The position numbers and the translations under genes are program-made. From Candidatus Lindowbacteria bacterium RIFCSPLOWO2_12_FULL_62_27 (GTDB taxonomy: Bacteria; Lindowbacteria; 2-12-FULL-62-27), in assembly GCA_001784175.1 (NCBI GenBank), contig MFPR01000004.1, forward strand, positions 372,001 through 436,000: 64,000 nucleotides of DNA, in the 5' to 3' direction. Under the pieces are notes generated by a model. It was not told where the DNA came from and ran no database searches. It was given only the letters and a program-made list of their open reading frames with translations. Positions 50,017 through 59,724 of the stretch are shown here, one piece after another; position 1 is the first letter of the stretch, and each line of letters starts with the position of its first letter.

Positions 50017-51738
50017 TTGCCCCTCCGCCTTCTTTTTGTTGTTCATGGCCTGCCGATGGGAAATGCATCCGGGGGCGTGGAGGTTTATACATTTTCGTTG
50101 GCCGAAGAGTTGGCGAGGCGGGGGCATCACGTTCTGCTCTTCTGCCCGAAATTGAAAGGCGCTTCGCCGCCGCCGATGAAGGGTGTGTCCGTATGTTTTG
50201 CGCCTGATCGTCCGGCGGAATCGCCTCTTTTGAATCTGACCGATCCGGCCGTGGAAACGGCGTTCGAGGATGCCGTGGTCAAATTCAAACCGGATTTGAT
50301 CCATATCCATCATTTGAAAGGGCTGGGCGCGGGCATCCTGTCGGTTTGCCGTGACCGGCATTTACCTTACATGGTCACCCTTCACGATTTTTGGGCATTT
50401 TGCGATCATGTTCATTTGTATCCGGGCGCGGGCGTCAGAACCTGCACGGATTCGGAAGACGGACGAAAATGTGAGAACTGCTTCCTGCATGTCCATTTTC
50501 GCGGGCTGACCGCCCGGCGGAAGAATGTCCGCCCGGTGTCTGATTTTATTCGTCTTCGCCGGCGCTTTATTCTGGATGCGCTTCTTTCCGCTGAATGTTT
50601 GATTGCGCCGTCAGAATTTGTGCGGAAAAGATTTCTTGCCGAATGGAAGGAGTTGCGATCCAAAATCATTCTTGTGCGGAATGGGATTGTCCCCGTTTCG
50701 GCGGCCGCGCGAGCCCCTCGCCATCCGCCGATTTTCGGTTTTTTTGGCGGCATGTCTGAAGTCAAGGGACTTTCGGTTCTCCTGAACGCCCTCGAAAGTT
50801 TGCCGCATCCGCCCCCGCTTCAGATTTACTCGGCGGACCGGTCCATCCTGATGAACTGGTTGAGAACAGAAAAATACGATGCATCCCTTGGGCGATCCCT
50901 TCGCGTCCGCGGCAAATTTCAACGCCGGCATCTGAACCGGATTCTGTCGGGGCTGGACGTTGTCGTTGTCCCATCCTTTGTCGAAACTTTTTCTCTGGTG
51001 GCGGCGGAGGCGTTGAGCGCAGGCAAGCCTGTCATCGCGTCCAGAGCGGGGGCGCTCGGCGAAATGATATCCGATCGTGTGAACGGGGTTCTATTCAGCC
51101 CGGGCAATTCCATGGAATTGGCAAACTGGATCGGTCGATGTGTCTCGAATCGTCGCTTTTTAAATCGTCTGCGAGTCTCCGATTCCATTCGAACGGTTCA
51201 TGACGCCGCGACAGAAATGCTGCAGATCTATTCGAAAACCCTCATGCGGGGAATTCCCATCCATCCATTTGCCCGGAGGCAGCATCTTCACCTACCCAAA
51301 AAAATTTCGGACAAATTCACGTATCTCAAAAGCGCGCACCGAATCATGCAGCAGGCGGAGATGTTGAGATCTCAAGGGCAATTGAACAAGGCGATAACGC
51401 GTTACCAACGCATTCTACGGAATGATCCATCCCATATTATTGCCGGATACCGCCTGGCCATTTGTTATTTTGAAGCGGGCGGTTTGGCGGCGGCTGAAAT
51501 CATGTTCCGAAAAGTCCTGGACTTGATATCCCGCCTATCCATCAAGATCAGCACGGAGGCCTATGAAGCCAGTTCGGCATTTTATCTGGCGCAGATCAGG
51601 TTGAGACACAAGGACGCGGGTGACGGAATCCGATGGCTTGAACATTGCTTGAAAATTATCCCTTATCATCACCGCGCCCGGACGCTTTTGGCGCGTATCA
51701 ATATTTCTCCCTCGTCAGACATTTCAGATATCCGTTGA
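50017..51738 (+). CDS. glycosyltransferase family 4 with C-terminal TPR repeats
   Basis: GGVE.Y, TLHDFW..C, ETFSLV..EA...G.PVIAS; start inferred. Confidence 0.85.
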   Translation: MPLRLLFVVHGLPMGNASGGVEVYTFSLAEELARRGHHVLLFCPKLKGASPPPMKGVSVCFAPDRPAESPLLNLTDPAVETAFEDAVVKFKPDLIHIHHLKGLGAGILSVCRDRHLPYMVTLHDFWAFCDHVHLYPGAGVRTCTDSEDGRKCENCFLHVHFRGLTARRKNVRPVSDFIRLRRRFILDALLSAECLIAPSEFVRKRFLAEWKELRSKIILVRNGIVPVSAAARAPRHPPIFGFFGGMSEVKGLSVLLNALESLPHPPPLQIYSADRSILMNWLRTEKYDASLGRSLRVRGKFQRRHLNRILSGLDVVVVPSFVETFSLVAAEALSAGKPVIASRAGALGEMISDRVNGVLFSPGNSMELANWIGRCVSNRRFLNRLRVSDSIRTVHDAATEMLQIYSKTLMRGIPIHPFARRQHLHLPKKISDKFTYLKSAHRIMQQAEMLRSQGQLNKAITRYQRILRNDPSHIIAGYRLAICYFEAGGLAAAEIMFRKVLDLISRLSIKISTEAYEASSAFYLAQIRLRHKDAGDGIRWLEHCLKIIPYHHRARTLLARINISPSSDISDIR

Positions 51739-52414
51739 AATTGGCCGTCAGCAGGTACCGCTCGCGGGACTTGTCGATGCAGAACCGGCGATTTTCCCGG
51801 AGGAATACGTCGATGGCCTGCAGCGGCGAATTGGAATTGCCGCGCCGCCGGCCCATGAATCCCGGCAGGCCGTCCGTGGTGTCTTCCACAATCAGATAGC
51901 TCGGGTGGCGCACGAGGTCCGAATAATTTCGAAGATCCCGCAGGACCGCATCCTTCGTGTGGTCCGCGTCGTGGATGACCAGCGTGCGTTTCCCTTTGCA
52001 GCGCCGGTGCACCTCCCGGATGATGCGCGGATCGGCAGCGTCGCCCGTGAGTTCAACGATCCGCCGGTGTTTCGCCGTCATCCGGTCGCGGGTGATGTCG
52101 AGGGCGAGGACGACGCCGTGTTTGAGCGCGTCGCAGATGCCGGCGAGAAAGAGCGCGCCGCCGCCGCTCTTGTTCCCGATCTCCACGATCACGTCCGGCC
52201 GCACCTCGTAGAGGATTTCCTGGTAGATCCACGCGTCCAGCGGATTTTTCAGGGCGCGGTGGCCGAGCCACCGGCTCTGAAAGCCGACGATGTTGCGGTG
52301 AAAGTAGTTGATCCAGTCCATGAGCGTCACGTTCATGAACTCGTCCGGGCTGGCCACGCCGGGATACCGGACGCGCTTCAGGCGCCGCTGTTCCGCGCGC
52401 TGCCGCCGAACCAT
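51698..52414 (-). CDS. CmcI / cephalosporin hydroxylase family methyltransferase
   Basis: WLG....K.PLD.W.YQEI...RPD.IVEIG..GG, YLIVED. Confidence 0.85.
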   Translation of the reverse strand: MVRRQRAEQRRLKRVRYPGVASPDEFMNVTLMDWINYFHRNIVGFQSRWLGHRALKNPLDAWIYQEILYEVRPDVIVEIGNKSGGGALFLAGICDALKHGVVLALDITRDRMTAKHRRIVELTGDAADPRIIREVHRRCKGKRTLVIHDADHTKDAVLRDLRNYSDLVRHPSYLIVEDTTDGLPGFMGRRRGNSNSPLQAIDVFLRENRRFCIDKSRERYLLTANFNGYLKCLTREKY

Positions 52415-52416
52415 AT

Positions 52417-53097
52417 TCAGGCGGTCCTGCCCTTTCGTTCCAGAAATATCCGCGCCGACTCGGCCAGTTCCAGATCTTCCGGAAAATTCACGTCGATCGA
52501 TTCGAGGGAGTTCATGACATAGAGATACGGTCGCGGGCCGAACCAGTACCGCCACTGGATCTGGTCGGACTTGCGGGCGATGAAAATCGCGTCGTTGATC
52601 GAGTAGAGCGGCTTGATCTCATTCGTGTACGGGTGCCAGCGGCCGAACCCGAAAAACAACGGCCGGCCGGCGTCATCCAGCAGGTACTCCTGGACTTTCT
52701 TGACGCCGACCAGGCTGTCGTATTTCCCCAGGTTGGACAAATACGCGCTGACCGCATCCGAATAGCGGCCGAAGATCGGGCCTGTCACGAGCGTCCACGC
52801 GACGTGCGGGTCGCCCGGCACCGTTCCCATGATGCTGACCACGACCTCGTCCCAGCGCGGCCCGCCGGTGCACATGACGGGGTCGCGCGGAAGAAACTTC
52901 ACGCCGCACTCCTCCGATATCTCCCGCGCGCGCGCGCTGTCGCTCGACACATAGATTTCCTTGAAACATCCGGCCGCCTTCACCTGCCGTATTTTGTAAT
53001 GCAGGAGGGTCGGCATGTCGCCGAAGGGCTGGAAATTTTTCCCCTTGATGCGCGAGGAGCCGTCGCGCACGGGAATGACGGAAACCACATGGTCCAT
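52417..53097 (-). CDS. acylneuraminate cytidylyltransferase family protein
   Basis: IPVR.GS.RI..KN, VSSD, ESID....D. Confidence 0.85.
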   Translation of the reverse strand: MDHVVSVIPVRDGSSRIKGKNFQPFGDMPTLLHYKIRQVKAAGCFKEIYVSSDSARAREISEECGVKFLPRDPVMCTGGPRWDEVVVSIMGTVPGDPHVAWTLVTGPIFGRYSDAVSAYLSNLGKYDSLVGVKKVQEYLLDDAGRPLFFGFGRWHPYTNEIKPLYSINDAIFIARKSDQIQWRYWFGPRPYLYVMNSLESIDVNFPEDLELAESARIFLERKGRTA

Positions 53098-54179
53098 CAG
53101 CGCGGCACGAGTTCCTTCTCGACCGGCGCCGGCAACGAGAGATTGTACTGCCGGCCGAGTTTCTGAAATTCGGTCCAGTCCGCGGCCGAAAGCGGAATAC
53201 CTGCGGCGCGCCGGATTTGAAGCACGTGCTTCTCCGGATCGCCGGGCGCCATCACAGGAATCGCCCCATTCAACCGGGGCTCGCCGCGAAGTTCGTCCAT
53301 CAGGGATTTCAGCCGCGTTTTGAATACGGCGACGGGCTGGAAATTCGAAATATTGATCGCCATGAAAAAATGGCCGAGATCGCGGCGGGTTTCCGGCGGG
53401 ACATCGAACATCGGTTTGATGTGCACGCCGTACGGCATGCCGGTCAGGAGGCTGCAGAGAATCTCGACCATCAGCGCCAGACCATATCCCTTGTATTCAC
53501 CGATGGGCGTGAGGGACCGCGCGGCCGCAGGGTCGACCGTCGCGCACCCCCTCGAGTCCGCCGCAACGCCGGCCGGAAGCGGCTCCTGCCGTTCCCGATA
53601 CTGGCGGATCTTGTTCCATGAAAACGAACTGCAGGACATGTCCAGACAGAAGGGCGCCTCGCCAAGGCAGGGCGCGACAAAGCAGATGGGATTCGGCCCC
53701 AAATAAGGCTGGGTGCCGCCATAAGTTTGGAGCAACGCGTCCGAGTGTGTGAACGCGAGGCCGATCATGTCCGCCTCGGCCGCGAGGAATCCGAAATACG
53801 CGGCGGCGCCGAAATGACTCGAGTGCTGAACCGCCACCGCGCCGATCCCGCACTCCCGTGCCATCTCGATCGCGTGCTTCATCGCCTCCGCGCCCGACGC
53901 GTGGCCAAACGTATGATCGGCGGCGAGGACGCCGCAGGACGGCGCGCGCCGGGCAAACTTGTACGCCGGCCGGCCGTTCACGCCGCCGGCCCGGAGCGTC
54001 CGGACGTAATGGGGAAACAATCGAACGCCGTGGGAATCGACGCCGCGCAGTGACGTTTGCGTGAGACTTTCCGCCACATGCGCGGCCACGCTTGGATCGG
54101 CGGATTCGGCGCCCAGGACATCGATCATCCACCGGCGCAGGGGTTCCGCCGGAAGATTCGTCATTGTGGCTATTTCCAA
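53097..54179 (-). CDS. Ldh_2 family dehydrogenase (sulfolactate/malate/ureidoglycolate type)
   Basis: RGVDSHG, HFGAA, G.NP, LDM, G.YKGYGL...VEIL. Confidence 0.88.
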   Translation of the reverse strand: MEIATMTNLPAEPLRRWMIDVLGAESADPSVAAHVAESLTQTSLRGVDSHGVRLFPHYVRTLRAGGVNGRPAYKFARRAPSCGVLAADHTFGHASGAEAMKHAIEMARECGIGAVAVQHSSHFGAAAYFGFLAAEADMIGLAFTHSDALLQTYGGTQPYLGPNPICFVAPCLGEAPFCLDMSCSSFSWNKIRQYRERQEPLPAGVAADSRGCATVDPAAARSLTPIGEYKGYGLALMVEILCSLLTGMPYGVHIKPMFDVPPETRRDLGHFFMAINISNFQPVAVFKTRLKSLMDELRGEPRLNGAIPVMAPGDPEKHVLQIRRAAGIPLSAADWTEFQKLGRQYNLSLPAPVEKELVPR

Positions 54180-55528
54180 GTGCGGAGCAGTTCGGCGGCG
54201 ACCTGAAACCCTTCAACGTCGCGCACCTCGATGGACATCCGCGGGTCGCTCATGTCGAGAAGCCCGACCCGGTCGCCAAGCAGGCGGCCCTCGCGCAAAA
54301 AGAAGGGGTGCGTCACGCACCCGAGGGCCTTGATCCCGACACGCACCGGATGGCGGTACTTGCGGCGCATGAATCCCTCGTCGATCCTCCGGTACTCGCC
54401 GTTTCCGTCGATCCAGCACGTGTTGAATTCGCCGCGCGCGGGCAGGACCGTGTCGAATCCGCCGCGGACGAGATGCAGGATGAGCTGGTCGATGAGATCG
54501 GGCGGGCGGAACGGATAGGTGATTTCCATGGAAACCACAAGATCGGGCAGGATGCCGTTGTCCTCGATGAGCGAGAGGCTGTGCTGGAGGACTTTTTCGA
54601 AATCGACAAACTCCTTCGAATACATGGGATCGCGCAGAAAGGGCGTCTCCGCGCCGGCTTTGCGGGCGAGGTCCGCCGTCTCGGGGTGATCCGTCGCAAC
54701 GACCACGTGCTTGACATAGCGCGCGGCCCGGGCGCGCTCGACGGTGTAATCGATGAGCGGCCGGCCGCCGACCACCGGCACGGTTCCCGCGACCGGAATG
54801 ATGGCGACGACATTCATTTTGTCGACATCCGGAAAATTATTGTCCACCCGGAACTGCTCGCCGGGCAGGGACTCGAGGACGTCGACCACGTTGGAACACC
54901 GCCGTGCGTCCCGGTCATGATGGAGGCCGTGGTAGTGGAAGACCCGCGCATCCGGCTCGTACACGATCCGGTAGCCGGCCTTGAGAACCTCCTCGGCCCA
55001 CATGCGGTCCTCGATGTGGAGCACGCGCTCGTCGAACGGGAATTTTTCCCAGACGCGTTTCGGAAAAACGCTGTTGGCGTTGTGGAAAAAACTGTCCTTG
55101 ACCTGGACCCGCCGGTCGAGACCAAAGATGTTCAGCATGTCTCGTTTGTCGAAATCGGTGCTGAAGGCCATCGGCTCCTGGCGGCCGTAGACGGCGGCGC
55201 AGTTTTCGATCTCGGAAAAATTCCTCAGAAGCGCCGACATCCACCGCTCGTTCACCGGAATGCAATGGGCTGAGAGGCTCACGATGTACTCGCCCTCAGC
55301 CTCGCGAATCCCGGCGTTCAACGCCTGCCCGGGCCGGTACGGATCGATGGTGACGATCTTTCGGACGCCGACCGACCGGGCCTTCTCAACGGTCTTGTCG
55401 GAACTTCGATTGTCGACCAGGATCACCTCAAAGTTCTTATAATCCTGATGAAACACCTCGCGGAGGCACGACGAGACCCAGCGTTCCTCATTTTTCGCGC
55501 GGATGACGATCGAAACGAGCGGATTCAT
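54170..55528 (-). CDS. GT2 glycosyltransferase fused to a cytidylyltransferase-like domain
   Basis: SIVIR.KNEE, VD..S.D.T, LSAH, ED..W; C-terminal G.PLI.YT, VATD, PFLR, T.PFR. Confidence 0.8.
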   Translation of the reverse strand: MNPLVSIVIRAKNEERWVSSCLREVFHQDYKNFEVILVDNRSSDKTVEKARSVGVRKIVTIDPYRPGQALNAGIREAEGEYIVSLSAHCIPVNERWMSALLRNFSEIENCAAVYGRQEPMAFSTDFDKRDMLNIFGLDRRVQVKDSFFHNANSVFPKRVWEKFPFDERVLHIEDRMWAEEVLKAGYRIVYEPDARVFHYHGLHHDRDARRCSNVVDVLESLPGEQFRVDNNFPDVDKMNVVAIIPVAGTVPVVGGRPLIDYTVERARAARYVKHVVVATDHPETADLARKAGAETPFLRDPMYSKEFVDFEKVLQHSLSLIEDNGILPDLVVSMEITYPFRPPDLIDQLILHLVRGGFDTVLPARGEFNTCWIDGNGEYRRIDEGFMRRKYRHPVRVGIKALGCVTHPFFLREGRLLGDRVGLLDMSDPRMSIEVRDVEGFQVAAELLRTWK

Positions 55529-55581
55529 GTCCAGCCCCCCTCTCCTTGACACTCATCATGCGCCTATATAAACATTTTTTC

Positions 55582-56313
55582 ATGCTGGTAGCACTCGTGC
55601 AAGCCCGGATGGGTTCCCACCGGCGGCCGGGAAAAGTCCTTGCCGACATCGCCGGCCGCCCCATGTTGTGGCATGTCCTTCATCGCCTTCGCAACGCCCG
55701 CCGGCCGGACCGGATCGTGGTGGCGACGTCCACCGCCCAGCAGGACGATGCGATCGTCCGGCTGTGCGAAGAGGCGCGGATCGAGACATTCCGTGGAAGC
55801 GAGCACGACGTTCTGGATCGGTACTATCGGGCGGCGCTGGCGTGTAAAGCCGACGGCGTGGTGCGGATCACGGCCGATTGCCCCCTGGTCGATCCCGGCG
55901 TGGTGGATCAGGTCGTCTCCGTTTTTCAGGCCGCGAAATACGATTATGTTTCCAACACGATCCATCGCACGTTTCCTGTGGGACTCGACGTGGAGGTTTT
56001 CTCTTTTGCGGCCCTGGCCCGCGCCTGGAAGGAAGCGGAGGCGGAGGATCAGCGGGAACATGTGACGCCTTATTTTCGGGCAGCGGGCGACTTCGTCCTG
56101 TCCAACGTCGAATGGACCGGCGGGCCGGGCCTTCAGGATCTCCGGTGGACGGTGGACTATGAGGCGGATCTGGCGTATGTGCGTGAAATTTATCGCGAAC
56201 TCTATGACGGCGGCGCCGTGTTTCTGTTTTCCGATATTCTCAACCTGATCCGCCGGCGGCCTGATCTGTTCAGAACCGGGCGCCCGGCCGGGAGCGAAGT
56301 CCAGGCCATTTAG
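55582..56313 (+). CDS. SpsF-like cytidylyltransferase
   Basis: QARMGS.R.PGKVL, GSE.DVL.RY, RITADCP, REHVT, RWTVD. Confidence 0.9.
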   Translation: MLVALVQARMGSHRRPGKVLADIAGRPMLWHVLHRLRNARRPDRIVVATSTAQQDDAIVRLCEEARIETFRGSEHDVLDRYYRAALACKADGVVRITADCPLVDPGVVDQVVSVFQAAKYDYVSNTIHRTFPVGLDVEVFSFAALARAWKEAEAEDQREHVTPYFRAAGDFVLSNVEWTGGPGLQDLRWTVDYEADLAYVREIYRELYDGGAVFLFSDILNLIRRRPDLFRTGRPAGSEVQAI

Positions 56314-56314
56314 G

Positions 56315-56857
56315 TTGGACGCGCGGAATCCCAAAAAGACCATCCTGGTTATCCGTACCGCCCCTGTGGCCCACTGCGTGCAAATGGTTCAATTCTTGAG
56401 AAAAAACGGATGCCCGGATCACGAGACGCATTGGATATGGATCAGCCAGCCTTCCGTGGAAAAGGACCTGCTCCGGGCTTGTGGCGGAACGGACATGGAG
56501 GTTCTGAGGTATGAGGATGGGTCCTTCACGCAGGGGGGCCTGAAAAAATTATGTGGAGAACGTTTCAGGCGCGAGCGAATCGATGCGGCCTATGTCGTGT
56601 TCAATAATTCCGAGGGTGCCGGTTATTTTCAGATTATCCGGTTTTTGTCCGGTCTCAACATTTTGAGGATGGTCGGTTGCGCGCCCGTCTGTCGGTTTGA
56701 AGAAATCAAGCCGGTCAAATTTGTTCTTCGCAGAATATCGGACACATGCCGATGGATCCTCGAATGGCCTTTGGTCCTGGTGGCCGTGCCCATCCTCCTC
56801 TTGTACTATTCGGCGATGTTTTTGCGTTCGCGGCTCCGCCGGAGTCCAACCGGATGA
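56315..56857 (+). CDS. hypothetical membrane protein
   Basis: ORF tightly packed between co-directional genes; C-terminal TM segment. Confidence 0.55.
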   Translation: MDARNPKKTILVIRTAPVAHCVQMVQFLRKNGCPDHETHWIWISQPSVEKDLLRACGGTDMEVLRYEDGSFTQGGLKKLCGERFRRERIDAAYVVFNNSEGAGYFQIIRFLSGLNILRMVGCAPVCRFEEIKPVKFVLRRISDTCRWILEWPLVLVAVPILLLYYSAMFLRSRLRRSPTG

Positions 56858-57999
56858 CGGCGGTGTTGGATTTCCTGCTGGTCTGGTCGATCCTCGTGAT
56901 CGTCCGGCTTCTCCCCATTCGGTTCAGACTGTTGCCCGGCCATATCGGGCATCTGGCGCTGAATACCGAGGTCTGGTTACGGCGGAGGGCCGCCGGGAAC
57001 AATGGCCGCCGCGAGTTTTACGTTCTCTTCGGCATCCAACCGGCCAACCGGCAGATTCTGACCATGGTTGGCCGGCGAATGCCCGTGTGGGAGGGACGAT
57101 GGCCCACGCGGATTCTTCAAGCCCTGATGCGGCTGGATCCAAAGATTTGTCCGAAAATTCCGGGCGGCCATGGTCTTCGATCGTGGGAGGTGATGGACCG
57201 CATCGGCCCGCAACTGTATTTTACGAAAGACGAAAAGCGGCGGGGTGAGACGCTGTTAAAGGCCATGGGCATCAGGGCAGGCGGGGCTTTCGTGTGTTTT
57301 TTTGCCCGCGACAGCGCATACCAGGACGCGGTCCGGCCGTTTGCCTCCTCCGAGGGGTGGACCTATAATGATTTTCGAAACAGCAGCATTGAAAATTACC
57401 TGCCGGCGGCGGAGATGCTGGCCGATCAGGGGATCTGGGTGGTCCGCATGGGCGCGGTGGTCCAAAAATCCATACAGAGCAGGCATCCAAAGGTCATTGA
57501 CTACGCCACCGGATACAGGTCGGATTTCGGCGACGTGTACCTGATGGCGCATTGCAAATTCTTTCTGGGTGATACCTCTGGAACGTTCACCCTGGCCTCC
57601 ATCTTTGACGTGCCATGCGCGCTGGCAAATTTCGCGCCGCTCCATGCGCACGGCGTGTTGGGCCGGCGTGACCTGTTCATCCCCAAGAAATACCGGCATG
57701 CCGCGCAAGACCGCTTCATGCGATTCTCCGAGATTCTTGCCGTGGAGGCGGATGACTGGCACCCCGCCGGGCGGTATCGGGCGGCGGGGATCAGCGTTGT
57801 CGAAAACAGTTCCGACGAGGTCCTTGAGCTGGCGGCGGAGATGAATGCGCGGCTGGATGGCAGGTGGGTGGCCGGCGGCGAGGACGGAACATTGCAGGAT
57901 TGCTATCGCGCGCTTTTTTCCCCCGGCCAGCCGGTTTCCGGTTTCACCTCACGCGTGGGCGCCGGATTTCTCCGGCAAAACAAGGCACTCCTCGCATGA
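56854..57999 (+). CDS. TIGR04372-like putative glycosyltransferase
   Basis: IGHLA, VC...RD..Y, RN..I..Y, VVRMG, C.FF.G..SG. Confidence 0.8.
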   Translation: MTAVLDFLLVWSILVIVRLLPIRFRLLPGHIGHLALNTEVWLRRRAAGNNGRREFYVLFGIQPANRQILTMVGRRMPVWEGRWPTRILQALMRLDPKICPKIPGGHGLRSWEVMDRIGPQLYFTKDEKRRGETLLKAMGIRAGGAFVCFFARDSAYQDAVRPFASSEGWTYNDFRNSSIENYLPAAEMLADQGIWVVRMGAVVQKSIQSRHPKVIDYATGYRSDFGDVYLMAHCKFFLGDTSGTFTLASIFDVPCALANFAPLHAHGVLGRRDLFIPKKYRHAAQDRFMRFSEILAVEADDWHPAGRYRAAGISVVENSSDEVLELAAEMNARLDGRWVAGGEDGTLQDCYRALFSPGQPVSGFTSRVGAGFLRQNKALLA

Positions 58000-59724
58000 T
58001 CAATCCACCGGGATGAACCAGTCATCACACCGGCCGCAGAGGGGGCTTGCCTCCGTATATTGACCTTCACGATGCGCCTCTCGATGAGGGCGCATCCGGT
58101 TCCAAGCCTCCAGAAACGATAGAATCTCCATCACATTTCCCACGCTCGTTTCGGAGGCAGGGTTGAACATGCGATCGCACAGGACGATGCTGCCGTCCGT
58201 CTTGACAAATAACGTGTTCGACATCCGGCGGCAGGGGAACCGCTTGAGAGGCGTAAAATTCGTCAGCCGGTGGTCCGGATTCTGTCCCGCATGGGTCGAG
58301 GCGCCCTGAATGACCAGATGCTCCACCATGTGGCCCTCGTCATAAAAGGTGCGCACGGCCGCGATCTCATTGTCAAACGTAAAATCCCTGCCATACCGCT
58401 TGATCCATTTCTTCCGCGTCATATGAGAGGACATGAACGCATCCACATGATCCTCGAGTTCGGCGATGAGCGTCGTTGTCAGGATGATGACCGGCCCAAT
58501 CATAAAGGTCAGGTTGCTTCTGGGCCGCGCTCGTTTGAGTTCCAAGAGACGATCGATGTTGCGTTTGACGGTCTGAAAATCCCCGGCGGGCCGGATCTTG
58601 AGGTAGTGGGGCTCGTCCACCGCGTCCAGGGACACCATGATCGACGCGACGGGGCCGCGCGCCATGTGTTCGGCGATGTCCCCGCCCATCAACCGACCGT
58701 CCGTATAGCAGTGAATACCGGGCATCACAGGATATTTTTTCGTAAACACGTCCAGGAGGCGCAACACCTCGGCGTACTGCGGATGTTGCAGCGGTTCGCC
58801 CAGCCCGGCCAGGTGGACGTTCTCGACAAAGCCGGCATCCTGGGCAAACAGCTCGAATATTCGTGAAAATATTTCGATGGACATATAGGAGGGATACACC
58901 GCCGGTTTTTTCCAGTGATTCAGGGGAGAGTACACCGGGGGAACGTCGTTGACGGATGAAATCTCAATCCAGGCCGATTTCCGCCCTGCAGGGATCACTA
59001 CATCCGTCGTTTCCAGCAACGTCGACAGCCGGTCGATGCTCAAATCTGAAAGGGCTGTATCGAGTTTTCCGATCACGGTCCGATAGGCGTTCACCGCAGA
59101 CGGTGTACACCGCTCGAACAAGAGAGGATACCCGAGAGGACGCCCACGGCGTTTCTCAATTTCAGCCCGGAAAGGGCCGGATAATAACTTAAAGGGGCTT
59201 CCCAGTAATGCGAAGGCGGTGTGAAACGTCATCATGGGGTCGGGCGCCTGCTCCATGAGACTGATCACGTTTTCCAATTTTGGAATCATGGATTGATGAA
59301 AGAGAACCATCTCCCATCCCGGCCAGACGATATTGACAGCCGCCGGATGGTTGTCCTGGACCGCCTTTGAAAAAGTGAATTTGAATGTTTCGTCATCAAA
59401 AAAAGTTGAAAAATTGGGGCGAAGTCCGGCCAGCCAGGGTGTGTTCAGCCCCTGCAGGGCGGACAGATAGAAACGGAATTCCGCCGCTGGATATTGGGAT
59501 GGGCGGTCCTTGATCAGAAGAGGGGTGATCGGCCGCCGAATGTCCCGCATCGCCGCTTCACACGCCTCCCGGGTCTGCGGAACAACCGCCGCAAGGAGGG
59601 GGCCGATTTCCCCGCATGTCCCGGCCTTTTTGACGGCCGCCACGAACAGGTTCTCATCCCCGATTGGTTCAAACCACACCGGATCCACCGCCGGAATCAA
59701 CAAACTAACCTGTGCCATTTTCAA
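58000..59724 (-). CDS. degenerate radical-SAM-like + SPASM domain protein (spiro-SPASM-like)
   Basis: G.GEPL.HP, SLDA..Y..IR, C-terminal PC......DG....C ... C..CDDW; lacks CxxxCxxC. Confidence 0.65.
   Translation of the reverse strand: MKMAQVSLLIPAVDPVWFEPIGDENLFVAAVKKAGTCGEIGPLLAAVVPQTREACEAAMRDIRRPITPLLIKDRPSQYPAAEFRFYLSALQGLNTPWLAGLRPNFSTFFDDETFKFTFSKAVQDNHPAAVNIVWPGWEMVLFHQSMIPKLENVISLMEQAPDPMMTFHTAFALLGSPFKLLSGPFRAEIEKRRGRPLGYPLLFERCTPSAVNAYRTVIGKLDTALSDLSIDRLSTLLETTDVVIPAGRKSAWIEISSVNDVPPVYSPLNHWKKPAVYPSYMSIEIFSRIFELFAQDAGFVENVHLAGLGEPLQHPQYAEVLRLLDVFTKKYPVMPGIHCYTDGRLMGGDIAEHMARGPVASIMVSLDAVDEPHYLKIRPAGDFQTVKRNIDRLLELKRARPRSNLTFMIGPVIILTTTLIAELEDHVDAFMSSHMTRKKWIKRYGRDFTFDNEIAAVRTFYDEGHMVEHLVIQGASTHAGQNPDHRLTNFTPLKRFPCRRMSNTLFVKTDGSIVLCDRMFNPASETSVGNVMEILSFLEAWNRMRPHREAHREGQYTEASPLCGRCDDWFIPVD

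Noticed and set aside
40276-50092. Long antisense ORFs (e.g. 40276-41838, 45708-47441, 48542-50092)
   Set aside because: Typical high-GC shadows of well-supported genes on the opposite strand.
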